The notes: a model not told the origin generated them from the sequence alone. A stretch of 64,000 bases of DNA from Aplysia californica (GCF_000002075.1 NW_004797288.1:80961-144960), one strand, 5' to 3'. Shown: positions 13,262 to 25,985, counted from the first letter of the stretch. Made by a program: numbers and translations.

Positions 13262-13660
13262 GTACTGTCAGTTAGGTGCACCTCATGAGTCACAAATGTT
13301 TATGCTGACGACCATGTTTCCCCAGTGGAGCTGTTTGATCCTCGACAACCCATTCCTGGCGCCAAGCCCAAACAGTGAGTCTTTAAAAACATGTCTAGAC
13401 TCTATACAGATTCCAGCGCACGTTGGGTATGCCTCAGATTTGCCTCCGAGGGGCAGGGCAATTCTCTCTCACAAGAACATTCCGTTCCGACAGCGGACAA
13501 TATCCCTCTTGCCCAGTCCAGCAGGACCTCAGATGGGCCTCAAATCAGTGGGGTCAGTTTTTCTCTCACAGAATTAACTTAGTACTACGAAGTTTCTCTT
13601 GTCCAGATAGGCCTCAGATGAGCCCAAGGCGGCGCTCAGATGGGGCGAGTCAGTTTCCTC

Positions 13661-13759
13661 TTATACAAAAGTCCCGTTCTGACAGCGAGCTATGGAGCTT
13701 GTCTTGTCCAGCTGGAACTGTAAGACTACCACCCCATACGTGGCGACCGTGCCGAAAAT
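13661..13759 (-). CDS. GRL exon 5 (IFGTVATYGVVVLQFQLDKTSSIARCQNGTFV*), 99 nt
   Basis: Acceptor ttctcctcag|; TYxxxxxQF motif; TAA at 13661-13663. Not in the ORF track. Confidence 0.9.
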   Translation of the reverse strand: MFGTVATYGVVVLQFQLDKTSSIARCQNGTFV

Positions 13760-16700
13760 CTGAGGAGAACAGGAACACATTAAGCTCAGGGACTTATAAA
13801 ATTAACATTTATCACATATTGTTTTGGGCTGTTTTCATTTATTTTAATGAGATTTTAACTCTGGACAAATCCAATTATTTACCAGATTGACTACCACAGA
13901 CTTTTAGAAAGGCTCTTTTGGCTGACAAAAGAAGTCCCTGAAAGATAAAGAAACGATATTCAAACAGTTCCCTAACATGCATTTAGGCTTGTTGAGAAAC
14001 GCTAACGACAGCAGTTAAAAAGAGGGGCATTTTTTAAACGTAGTATTAAGGGGGCTGAGAGGGGTGGTGGTTTGAGCCTGTGGATTGGAGGTCAAGTGAG
14101 CAACTGTGGTCGTCTTTGAGCAGGTCTGTGAGTTAAAGTGCACATGGTTGTGTTGATGGGATAGTGAGAATTTTGACGAAAATGTTGATTGTCTAGAGTT
14201 TGACATCGGGTCGTGGATTGTCGGGGTAGAAGTCATTAGAGGCTGGTGGGTGGGAGTGGGGGTGGGGGTGGGGGCGTGGATGTAATAGGGAGAGAGGGTC
14301 GAGAGTGTATGTGCATGGGGGTTTGAGATGGGGGGGGGGGAGGTGGTAGGCGGGAGTGTGTGGACGGGAGTGTGGGTGAGAATGTGGATGGGAATGTGGA
14401 TGGGAGGGTGGATGAAAGTGTGGATGGGAGTGTGTGGATGGGAATGTGTAGGATGGAAAATATGGGCAGGGGTATGGATGGAAGAGCGTGGGTGGGGGTG
14501 TGGTTGAGAGTGTGGTTGAGAGTGTGGATGAGAGTGTAGATGAGAGTGTGGATAAGAGTGTGGATGAGAGTGTGGATGAGAATGTGAGTATGAGGGTGTG
14601 GCTGGGAGTGTGGGGGAGAGGGTGGATGGGCGGAGTCTGGACTCACCATCATTAGGGTGGAGTAGTCCAGGACAAACATGCCGAACACATTGACGCCGAT
14701 CTTGGTGTTAGAGATGTGGGTCAGCAGTAAGGACACCTGAAAGAGAGGGGGCGGTTGCCAATAAAAGTTACGTTGCTAAGAACAAAACACAAAAATCATG
14801 CCCCAAAAGTATATGCAATAGATCTCATGGATAGGAAAGGAATGAAAAGTGTATGATATATGTAGTGGAACGTTGACAGTTTAAAAATATGCCAAGGCAG
14901 GAAAAGCAAAACTCAGTAGCCAAACGTATAATGTGATCTGCATAGACCTACCATTGCAGTGCTTTGGTTTAAATGGCCAGTGGCCACATTCCCGGCTGAT
15001 AAACATGATGACTACTAAGTGGGTTTTTACAAACCTAATCATTTTACGAGGATCTTTCACAAATTGGAATTGTTACGCATTGGATCTTTTACGAATTGGA
15101 TATTTTACTAATTTGATCTTTTACAAATTGGATCTTTTACGGATTGGATCTTTAAGTGTTTCCGTGCGTTGAAGCTCATACATGACAGGGCCCCAAGTGA
15201 CTTGCCTCTTTCTTTCAGAGAAGAACATTTAATTTTGCTCTCAGCCTTTTGCCTTGATGAAGAACAACAGACATACAGCGACATTCTGGGGCTTCATAAA
15301 TTAACACCACTACATGTACCACAATCACCAACAGAAGCACACCAATACAATCACCACCACACCATTATCAACAACAACAAAAACAACAAAAGTACACCAA
15401 CATAACCACAGCCACCATCACCAAAGCCATTATCATCACCATCAACAACAACACCAACAGCAACAACACCATCAGCAGCGGCAGCAGCAGCAACAACAAT
15501 ACTAGTACAACCACCATCAACACCACCACCCTCACCACTAGTATCACCACNNNNNNNNNNNNNNNNNNNNNNNNNNNNNNNNNNNNNNNNNNNNNNNNNN
15601 NNNNNNNNNNNNNNNNNNNNNNNNNNNNNNNNNNNNNNNNNNNNNNNNNNNNNNNNNNNNNNNNNNNNNNNNNNNNNNNNNNNNNNNNNNNNNNNNNNNN
15701 NNNNNNNNNNNNNNNNNNNNNNNNNNNNNNNNNNNNNNNNNNNNNNNNNNNNNNNNNNNNNNNNNNNNNNNNNNNNNNNNNNNNNNNNNNNNNNNGGGTG
15801 GAAAAGATAAAAGTAAAGTTCTCAAAGAGTACGTGAAACATCGATTATTCCCTTATAAGGTACATGCATTAGTTGTTGTCTTTTTTATAGATATAGATAG
15901 AAAGCGAATGAAAAAAAGACGGAAAAAGAAGCCAATGCGACTTTGTCGAAGTTGAAAGTAGTTTAAGCCTGTGTCACGGTGAAATCAAAAGCGAAACATC
16001 TTATTCTTAAACAACCATATGGTGTTATCTAGGTAGTTCTACCATTCCTGTTCATGTATTCGTATGATCGGTGGTCACCTTCTCGGATGAGTGAATGTGA
16101 TGGCTATGAAATGGGTCAGTCTTCTACGAGTTGGATCTTTTACGAATTGTATCTTTTCGTGTCACGTTGAAGTTTGAACTTCAAACACGAAAAAGCCCCG
16201 AATGATTTGTCTCCTTTCAGGGAGGAACCTTTCCTCTAAGCCAAGTGTCTTATTTAAAAACGACAGTCAGGCATTCGCAATGATCTTCATCATGTTTAGA
16301 AGGGCATCACAAATCAATCAACAACAAAGAAAACACACCACCAACGACACCATCACTACCACCACCGTAGCAATCGTTTCCACCACCAACAACAACAACA
16401 AAAGAACGCTTGCACAACTACAAGCACCATCACCGCAAGTACCATNNNNNNNNNNNNNNNNNNNNNNNNNNNNNNNNNNNNNNNNNNNNNNNNNNNNNNN
16501 NNNNNNNNNNNNNNNNNNNNNNNNNNNNNNNNNNNNNNNNNNNNNNNNNNNNNNNNNNNNNNNNNNNNNNNNNNNNNNNGGCAAAAATCAGGACCAGTCA
16601 CTTTTCTGGGCTGGGGGTGTACAAAAATAGAATAGACAAAACATCGGACCCAGTTTGTCCATTGTGCAGCGAGGAGCCCCAAGATTTGGAGCATTGGCTG

Positions 16701-19700
16701 CCGAGATGCCCCGCCACGGAAGTCCGGCGTTGGCATCTCTTTAGGGGGGATTCAGTGAGGTTGGACTGCGGCTAAGACAGCACCTGGATATGAATGGCTG
16801 GTGCCTCTATAAAAAAAAAATTATTGATGATGATGGTCGAGGTTGGACTGCCTCACTCGGTACCCAAGAGAGTCGGTGGCCCTGGCGAAGAGAAGCTCTT
16901 CGGGGCTCTAAACATTTCGAACGGATAGACTACCACACACATACAACAACAGCAACAAAGGCAATAATGGAAACAACAGCAGCACCAGCAACAGCAACAG
17001 CAACAGCAACAGCAGTTTGTCTCACATGTTTTGGTGTTTCCCTGGCTGGGTTCGTGGGCAAATTAATTTGGAACAGAAACAGACATCTAAGCCCATACGA
17101 GACCTCACCTTTCGTAACACTGGCTGTGGGAACTTGATCCACTCAAGGCTGTCTACCACGTCTACGATGGAGTGAGCCTTGAGAAAGGGATAAATATAGA
17201 CGGGCTTCAGTTTTTGTCTTTTCATTTACGTGGATGGATCAAAATATCTCAAAATCTTGCTATGGACTTGAAATTTTCAGTCACTTGAAATCTTCTCACC
17301 AACTTTGTATGCAGGATTTCAACCTCCACAACCACTTCTGGAAGGTACAGCGTAAGACAATGTCCGGTATGCTCCGCAGTTCGGAATTTACAACCCTTGC
17401 TATGTCCTGAATACGGCTGCATCACATAGTAGCTACCGATAATCCGTCTTTTGATATGTGTTAAAAGAACAAAACACAGCGGGGTAACTACTTTTGCTTT
17501 AAAGTATTGTGGAATCGATACTAAAGGGGAACGAAATAGAAACACCAGACTACTGAACTAAATACAAGAAAAATCAAAGCAACAACTTAGTTTCAAAATC
17601 TAAGTAGAGAATGCCTTCAAATACATTTTAGATCTACGTACATATAGATCTATAGAATTATACAACAACCATAGATCACAGTGCACTTTTTTCATTGGAT
17701 TAAGCCATCAGTCAAACACAGCAACCATGTCCACTTCTGCCTGGAGACAATATTTTCTTTGTCTTCAAATCACTGCCCCAAATGCAGGCCACACAAACAC
17801 AGGCCTTCCTCGAGACCCGACCTCGATGGGACTGCACATACCTCACACAGGCCAAGCGCAGGCCCGTGTACTGAGTAGATGTTTCAATGAAAGATAATAG
17901 CCGCGTGGTCAAGAGACAATGTTTTAGACTATTGAAATATTTAAAGAAAACATAAATGCATTTGGGAAATTAAGTGCACAGTGTGCTGTAACCGACCACT
18001 CAATGACAAAGCGTATGAGGAACTCGTTAGTTTCGCGAAAAACTGTGACGCAAATGCCGATAGGAACAGTGTCGTTACAAAAATAACAATTTACTGAGTT
18101 CATTTCGGAAGCAGTATAAAACGGTGGAGACGTCTAAGAAGAGATCCAATGCGGTGTGAATTACCGTATGTTTAGACATATGGAGAAGCCACAAATATGA
18201 CCAGAATCTATGTTGCTTCTTTTTCAATTAGATCTATAGATCTATTGCTAGACTTTCCACCGAAATTTTAGCCTGGCAGGTCGTCACGATGGAATTCACT
18301 AGGTTTGCGCAGTCCTGTCCTGCGCCGTGTGTGTGCACTTGGCCCAGTTCGTCTCAGCTGGCCTCAGGACAAAACTCACGGCGGCCTCAAGGTGGCCTCA
18401 AGGATCACCTTCGGATCGTAGATCCCAAGGACGGCATGTGTCGTGTGTGGCCCGCATTAGTCTTTCTTTGATTTTGGCTAAGAAATTAAAGTTGCATGGA
18501 ACAAAGGGAAAGATTTTAAAGAATCGTATCAGGTGATGAGACATGGGTGTATTCGTTCGTTGGATCCAGAACCGAAAAGACAATCAGCCGATGAAGAAAC
18601 CCAGGATCACCACGACCCCCGAAAGTTCGACGACGCAGGCACGATACTTGAGACTGATTGTCACTGATGCACTTTTTATCACAAAGGTGTGGTTTTGACC
18701 TGGCCTGTTCCTCTGGCACCGAAGGCCTAGTCGTCACGCTCTCGGACTCGTAATCGTAAGGTCATGGGTTCGAATCCCGCCAGGGGCCCAACGTTGTGTC
18801 CAAGGGCAATGCAATTTACACGAATTTCCCCCACTTCACTGAGGTGGGAATGGATACCCAGCTGTAGACAGCGAAAGATCTTGTCAGTGTGTTAGGTCAG
18901 TTTGTTAGTGTGTGAGCGCCTGATCAGCTGCTTGCACTGTATGCTTCCCGGGAAGCTGAGATTGTTTCTGAGTGTTCTATGGTCTGCTGGGGAAATAATA
19001 TAATGTAACGCACATAGAGCTTGCTGTTGAGCGGGAGTATGCGCGGTACAATTGCTATTTATAATAATTATTTATTTTAAAAAAAATTATTACTATTGTT
19101 ATTATTGGCACAGCTGTCAATTATGACTTTTACAAGATGGTTCTTCAAACAAAGCTGAGGGCAGCAATCAGAAGAAAGTGGCCGGACTCCCCGGGGCAGT
19201 GCCACTGACTGAAGTGTCTTTAGGCCATTCCCAAAGGGAGGACATTTCTCGTACTTATGCACAGTAGAATTGTAAATGGGCTGATTCAACAATGTCACGC
19301 TTATAACTGTGCCTGAACTACAACAAGGAACTGCTGCGTTTTCTTTCCCAATCCTTACTATCTTCCTTTTCCTCTACTTCTTTTGTATGTTTGTCACACT
19401 CTTGTGACCCGCTATTTCCGGGGTGCCTTGCAAGTCGACACAGACTTTGTGCTGTTAAAGCTAGAGAGGTGAGCAGAGTAAGACTGATTCCCTGTAAAGA
19501 CTTCTCTGTTGACATCCACCCCTTGGCGCTCATATGACCTTATGCAGTTGCAAGCGTCGTTAAACCTCTGCTATATTTTTTAAAGTAGTTTCTTTCTTGT
19601 TAGCTGAATATAGATACTTTGGCTGATATGGCTTATTTAGGATGATAAAAACTGAACAACAATTAATGTCTCCACAAAACCCTTAACATCACAAGATGAA

Positions 19701-21634
19701 ACAGGCAGAGAAATTAATAAATAAAAGCAAGCATTGACACGGAATCCTTCCTGCATTTCATAGAAATCCAGAGGCAAGATGAAATACCAAACTCCGAAGA
19801 TCTCAAAAAGGCAAATGATAAGAGTCCTTTTATAACCTCAAAAGGACTCATCTTTGCAAGGCTGGCCATGCCTTAAGAGTGCCTGATTTCAGAATCTGAA
19901 AGTAAGTATTCTGTCCTTGACTGTCATCGGGTAAACGTAAGTTTGGCGCTCTAGAATAGCGCTGCGAAGACACACTGAACATTTCTCCGAATGACTTCAA
20001 CATAAATTCTACGTCGTGGAAGAGCCCAGCTCCCGGCAATCCAGTTGGAGAACAACGATCCCAATGGGTTGCAAGTCATATGACACTTTAGGAATAATAA
20101 ATGCCGAGCACAACTTCCACAAGTGGAGATGGAGCTTTTGAACATTCAAAATGTACATACTCTTTTCTGCCAAAATTAGTCTCTATTGCCATGGCAGAAA
20201 CCAGAAGTCATCTTATTTTTTAATTCTTCTATTTCACTATCGAAAGGCTCTCCTCTGTGGATGTTTTGGTCATCGTCAGACACTGACGGATGTGCTTTTA
20301 TTATTATTATTATTATTGGATCGACTCAATCTTATTTCTGTCTTGTCGTCGATCAAGCTAAAACTATTACTGATCATCGATATTTTTAACTGTCAGATAC
20401 ATTGCTCTGTGGACTCGACTGAAGTGACTTTTTCGTGGATCAAAATCAATTTTTAAAAAATAAACCTGAACTGTTATTAGCATAAAGATGGTAATTAAGT
20501 CACTGTGTCGTAAATTATCAGCAATAGGCTGGGTATANNNNNNNNNNNNNNNNNNNNNNNNNNNNNNNNNNNNNNNNNNNNNNNNNNNNNNNNNNNNNNN
20601 NNNNNNNNNNNNNNNNNNNNNNNNNNNNNNNNNNNNNNNNNNNNNNNNNNNNNNNNNNNNNNNNNNNNNNNNNNNNNNNNNNNNNNNNNNNNNNNNNNNN
20701 NNNNNNNNNNNNNNNNNNAACCCCGATTAAAGTACTCAGGCTCTGAGCGCACAACAGTAACAAAAAACGTTGTGTTCTGACTAAAAGAGAATCACTCCAA
20801 ATATATTCATCTTATTAATTTAAAAACAGAAACGACTTCAGCTGACATTTGAATGAATCAAAAGATTTGACCTCTCTTAAAGCACTTGGTAAAGCATTTC
20901 AGATCTTGGGGCCTTGGTATTCAATGCCCTTTCACCGATTCTTGTAAGCTTCATAGAGAGTAAAATACATTTCTTTTTGTCGGCTAATAACCTTAAACTG
21001 CGAGTTGGAATGTAGTCTTAACAGATTTGATAAATTTTAATATGATGGCACATTATCATTAAAACATAATACGTCCAAGAACAGACCCCCGAGGAACTCC
21101 AAATCTGAGTAGTACATTATCCGAACACGTGCTTCTAACCACAACTGCTTGTCATCTGTCTTGGAGTTGAATATGACTCAGACATTCGCAGAACAGTATT
21201 TACACCAACAATAGTATTTTAGTCTCAAGAGTAAGATGTCAAGGGAAATAAGGGTCACATATCTATTATCTTTTCGTCCCTCTCTGTCCTGATAAATTAT
21301 AATTTGCTTGTTCCATTCTGTTCGTCAAAACAGTTTTATCTAAAAGTCCTAAAGCCATACACCGGTGCTACAATAAAATATGGAGCAGCTGCACAGGAAA
21401 GGGACGACGGCAGTCTGCAATGGTCTGTCTGTGACTACTACTACTGTCCCAACCCCCCCCCCCCTCCCTACAGTCTTTGTTAGGTAAAGCCAAAAGAAAA
21501 AAAAACATGGAAAGAATTGAACGAGATGTTGGACCTTGTATGAACTAGTTTTCCACAGGGAAAGGACTCAAACTGAACTCTTTGGCGCCCTTACTCTGGA
21601 CAAGACATTGAAGATGAGAATGATGAGGATGATA

Positions 21635-21715
<81 letters not shown>

Positions 21716-24700
21716 ACAGTAAGAGAGAGTAACTGACCGCTGTGTGAACTCTTGCCCACAGAAGAACGAGCGCACAGGTGGAGACGACCATGTATACTCC
21801 CACACTGGTCAGACATCCGATGATGATTGTGCTTGCCTGCCAGCTGCTCACACCGTACACGCACAAACAGAAGCTTATCAGCTGGAAGGTCAAGGTCAAG
21901 GCCACGTATATTTGTGTCTGGTGGCTGAACGAGGTCACGACCTGAGCCAAACACGAGTGGCGCGCCCTGGTGAGATGTGGTTTGGGTTTTGGTTTGGTTA
22001 TGGCGGTATAACATTCTTCTTGGCAAAGCAGCTCGTTAAGCAATTTTACAGACACGTTTGAAATTCGTTAGGGAATGGGAAAGAGAGGCCTACTTTCCAA
22101 CCAGAAGTAAACAAAATGTATCGACTGAACAGTGATCATGAAGTGCTAGACCAAAAGCAAACCCCAAACAGAAGTAAGGTCTGGTGTCTTTTTAACGTCC
22201 CTTTAAACTCTGTTCGATTATCTAAAAAAGCAGGAGTTCCAATTAACGTCCTTCTAGGATTAGTAGGTAACGGCTCAGAGAGTGGAGAGTCATGGAAACT
22301 AATCTGTTCCCCAAAAGAACCAAGTTAAAGGACATCGTCTTAGGCATTTGAATCAGCGCTGGTGGTATTATTATAGCTCTGCTTGACATCAATTGGACTA
22401 ACAGTGGACCCAGACAAAAATATTAAAACAAGTATGGTTCACTACTGCATTCTCCAACTGCAATTCTTGAATAAGGAGCCTAAATTTGAACGGAACTAAA
22501 ACCCGACAGTCACAGCCAAAACGATGCAAAACAGGGACAACACCTAACAACAACTTAATCAAGTGTTCCTCATTTGAAACTACAGCCAAACCTCGTTATA
22601 CCGTCCCCCGTTACAACACAGCCCTGCATAGAACCAGATGTTGCCAATGTACCAAAAGGAACGCCTATATCAACATAATTCAAGCACCGGTATTTGTGTC
22701 TTTACACCGCCATCTGCAATACGCCAACTGTATGAGTTGCGCGGGCAATTTTTAAACTAAAGTAAATTTCACCCGCTATACCGCCAGTGAATCAGCCGCC
22801 AGAGGAACACAGTGCTCACGGCGTACGACACACACTATGTGGCTGCTTGATAATCTCTGTTAAACACACATTGCGGCGAGTTCGGCCTATAACTATTGGG
22901 GTATTCTTGTGGCTTTGTTCCTGGTTAGCACTGATTATGAAAATACAATTTATTTTAGAATTTAGCCAATATTTCAAAATAAATAATCGGAATGAAATTC
23001 TAAAGCCACTTGAAGAAACTAGTACAATTGCGCTGCCTCCGCCTATCGGCAAAACATAATAAAATGGCTTCGCCAGACATCAGTCAGAAGAACAAAAGTG
23101 TGGTGGGCACGGGGCTTTTAAATTGTGAGAACTGACGCTCTTGCGAATGGTCCGCGGGCTGCCTTGTATCGAGTTTTAAAAAAGTATGTCTACGGGGTCC
23201 TTGGCAATAAAGCCTAGCTTCTGATCAGGCAGAAATGTTTAGTTTGAATTTACGGAAAGTTCAACTGGAGCTGCACCTGTCATTGGTTGCTACCGGTACT
23301 AGTTTTTCTCCCGGGCATGGCAATCGCACAAGACAGAACTAGATGAGTAAAAGGCTGGCCACAGTTTATCTCTAGTCTTTTCCAGTTTACAACCAGTTAA
23401 GGTGACAATCGGTGCTAACTTGTTATACCGCCACCACCTTTCCCCCTCCTGCTGTACCGCCAACTTCACATCTGCTCCGAGATAGGCGGTATATCGGGGT
23501 TTGACTGTACATAGTTGTGTCTGATTGATTGTAAATGTTGTGCCCCACAAGAGACACAGTTTAAATTATTTAAGAGGCGGGCCACTTCGATCAGAGCCAA
23601 CCCAGGCTTAATGGGATACAGCATTTCTGCAGACAGATGAGGGCATTCGAAAATAGAACTCACCACGCCTTCTGGGTGCAAGGGCGAAGAGCTTAACCAC
23701 CCCACCACAGAAGCCAGTGACCTAATTGTGTTTCATTAAAGGAAGAGGATATTTATACGGCAGGCCGTCGAAAAATCGGAAGTGATAATTCCACGGCACA
23801 TAAATTCAGCCAATCAGAACTTCTGGACTATTTATAATTAAGCCTATAATCTCTTTTTCATAAGTAACGCACTATATATACAATTTAGGATACCTGTATG
23901 TTTAGTTAACAATGTTTATCCTTTGCTATCATTTTGTGCATTATGGACAATGATGAAATGTTTAGTGTGATTGTAACGAGAGTGAGAGATGCACACTTTA
24001 TTTTGGGCAAGCAAAATGGAGAGAAGACTGGGTTTTTTTCCAACAGTAGGGTGCCCATTTGCGGATGGGATCGGGTCGGGTCGGGTCGGGTTGGGTAGGG
24101 ATGATCACCCGACTCGTCGCCTGGAAAACAAACGCAATTCCTGCATTGATGCACTTCAAGCAGAGCCTATGCCGTCGAAATATCAATTCCGATCTTTAGA
24201 CTCAAGACGGCATACCGTACAGGTATCACTTCCGATGTTCACACAGCATGCCGTATAAATAACAACTACGATCTTCAGACGGCATGCCGTCGAAAAATCG
24301 CTACCCTTCATTAAAATCATACAACAAAAAACAAACAAACAAAAACAAATTTTTTAAAAACAACAAAAAGCCTTCCTGTGAGTGTGCTGACGTACCTGTG
24401 CTGATCAAACTCCACCTCCATTTGCCCTCCATCTCCACCAGACAACGTCTGTCTCATGATTTCTGACGTGGCCTTGAACTCATGAACTAGCACGTGCAGG
24501 ATCACTGTGTACAGCACGAAGAAACCGAAAACAGGAACCCCCGAGATGAAATAAACAGCCCCACTATTGAGAGAACCCAGTATCAAACTGCGGATATTAT
24601 GAATGTCTTTGAACGGGTACACTATAAACTCGGTTTGATTTATAATACCGAACACCAGCCAGCCTAAAGTAACCGATATATTGGTAAAACAGCCGCAGGA

Positions 24701-25189
24701 AAAGAGGAAGAGCACGAATCTCTTATGCTTTGTAAGGTCGTGGAGAAATCCAAAATTCCGGTTGTACTGCCACAGATGGTCTTGGAATTTCTGGAACCGA
24801 AACATCAAAGCCCAGCGTTGGGAGATGTAGAGGCTTGAGCCACACAGCATGAAGCTTAAGGCGCCGATGGCCATTGTCCGTGACGTGTCTTCGGAACTGG
24901 GAATTTGGTCCACGCAAAGAGCGACAACTTTCACAATGTTTAACACATGCATGGTGCATACACATGCGTGGAAAGCGTGGAATAATAATTTGTGAAAGCA
25001 ACTCTGGCTTTTTCTTCTGGACATGTGTGGAGCTCTGGCGGAAATTTTCACAGCCCCAAACCATAAGAGAATTGTGGGTAATCTAAGAAGTTTGCAGAAT
25101 TCTTCAGCCTCTCGTTCGCGTTTCAAAACCTCTGCTTCTGGCTGTTCTGATGTTGATGTTATGACGGACCCTTCGCCACGTGACGTCAT
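13661..25189 (-). CDS. Gustatory-receptor-like (GRL; insect GR/OR 7TM ion-channel superfamily) gene, 5 coding exons, 426 aa: complement(join(13661..13759,14647..14736,17109..17177,21738..21966,24396..25189))
   Basis: All four introns are GT-AG with compatible phases (2,0,0,0). The protein has multiple hydrophobic helices. The C-terminus ...IGVNVFGMFVLDYSTLMM|IFGTVATYGVVVLQF... carries the TM7 TYxxxxxQF signature. Three phase-0 introns near the C-terminus are typical of GR/GRL genes. Confidence 0.9.
14350..14600. repeat. 12-bp minisatellite (GAGAGTGTGGAT)n near the start of GRL intron 4
   Basis: Directly visible. Confidence 0.85.
14647..14736 (-). CDS. GRL exon 4 (VSLLLTHISNTKIGVNVFGMFVLDYSTLMM), 90 nt
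   Basis: Acceptor ctctttcag|, donor ATG|gtgagt; GxxxxGxFxxd motif preceding TM7. Confidence 0.9.
16580..16930 (+). mobile_element. LINE ORF2 C-terminal CCHC fragment (Ingi/RTEX-like) interrupted by a 69-bp insertion
   Basis: IRTSHF..Y.NRI..DPVCPLCSEEPQDLEHWLPRCPA; the frame resumes after the insert. Confidence 0.65.
17109..17177 (-). CDS. GRL exon 3 (AHSIVDVVDSLEWIKFPQPVLRK), 69 nt
   Basis: Acceptor tttctcaag|, donor AAG|gtgagg; phase 0-0. Confidence 0.8.
17783..18456 (+). mobile_element. Harbinger deletion derivative with a MADF remnant, in GRL intron 2
   Basis: TIRs TGCAGGCCACACA / TGTGTGGCCCGCA followed by TTA. Internal frameshifted IEIFKE..CIWEIK..NRPLNDKAYEEL..VVTKI..SFRKQYKTVETSK is MADF-like. 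Confidence 0.72.
18715..19076 (+). mobile_element. SINE family A copy
   Basis: Full-length homology; GGTTCGAATCC B box. Confidence 0.8.
19190..19572 (+). mobile_element. Family B copy
   Basis: GGGGCAGTGCCACTGACTGAAG...GCGCTCATATGACC homology. Confidence 0.75.
20860..21240 (-). mobile_element. CR1/L2-type reverse transcriptase fragment
   Basis: LLRFGVPRGSVLGRIMF (GVPQGSVLGP motif), degraded. Confidence 0.55.
21613..21714. repeat. (GAT)n microsatellite
   Basis: Directly visible. Confidence 0.95.
21738..21966 (-). CDS. GRL exon 2 (ARHSCLAQVV...LLWARVHTA), 229 nt
   Basis: Acceptor ctcaccag|G completes AGG(R); encodes two TM helices; donor GCG|gtcagt. Confidence 0.88.
22583..23507. mobile_element. 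Tc1/mariner (pogo/Tigger-like) MITE
   Basis: TA|CAGCCAAACCTCGTTATACCG ... CGGTATATCGGGGTTTGACTG|TA; TA target duplication. Confidence 0.75.
23750..24261. mobile_element. Non-autonomous element with ~38-bp inverted ends (possibly Crypton-like)
   Basis: TATTTATACGGCAGGCCGTCGAAAAATCGGAAGTGATA vs the reverse complement of 24224-24261; internal GCCGTCGAAA repeats. Superfamily uncertain. Confidence 0.55.
24396..25189 (-). CDS. GRL exon 1 (MTSRGEGS...VEFDQH-R), 794 nt
   Basis: Part of the 290-aa ORF 24317-25189, with several TM segments; ends at donor AG|gtacgt (phase 2). Confidence 0.88.
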
Positions 25190-25384
25190 GTTTGTTTCTG
25201 AACTCTCGCAAACAGCGTGTCTGATGTCTGCAATTTATCGGACGTTGGAAGCAAGCCTGGGAGCAGTCTCCTACCGTTGCCAGACTGGAATCCACGGTCT
25301 CATTCTGATAGTTTGTTTCGTTATTTCATAGTTTTAATCTCTTTTCATTACAGTGAAGGTTGTTTCTCAGTGTGACCTCTGATT

Positions 25385-25386
<2 letters not shown>

Positions 25387-25439
<53 letters not shown>

Positions 25440-25985
25440 TGTGTGAGTGTGTGTGTGTGTGTGAGAGNNNNNNNNNNNNNNNNNNNNNNNNNNNNNNNNN
25501 NNNNNNNNNNNNNNNNNNNNNNNNNNNNNNNNNNNNNNNNNNNNNNNNNNNNNNNNNNNNNNNNNNNNNNNNNNNNNNNNNNNNNNNNNNNNNNNNNNNN
25601 NNNNNNNNNNNNNNNNNNNNNNNNNNNNNNNNNNNNNNNNNNNNNNNNNNNNNNNNNNNNNNNNNNNNNNNNNNNNNNNNNNNNNNNNNNNNNNNNNNNN
25701 NNNNNNNNNNNNNNNNNNNNNNNNNNNNNNNNNNNNNNNNNNNNNNNNNNNNNNNNNNNNNNNNNNNNNNNNNNNNNNNNNNNNNNNNNNNNNNNNNNNN
25801 NNNNNNNNNNNNNNNNNNNNNNNNNNNNNNNNNNNNNNNNNNNNNNNNNNNNNNNNNNNNNNNNNNNNNNNNNNNNNNNNNNNNNNNNNNNNNNNNNNNN
25901 NNNNNNNNNNNNNNNNNNNNNNNNNNNNNNNNNNNNNNNNNNNNNNNNNNNNNNNNNNNNNNNNNNNNNNNNNNNNNNNNNNNNN

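Noticed and set aside
14236-14646. His/Pro/Thr-rich extension of ORF 14236-14736
   Set aside because: Intronic minisatellite after a canonical GTGAGT donor.
19193-19330. Hammerhead ribozyme suggested by CTGACTGA
   Set aside because: No matching GAAA/NUH core with stems I-III could be assembled.
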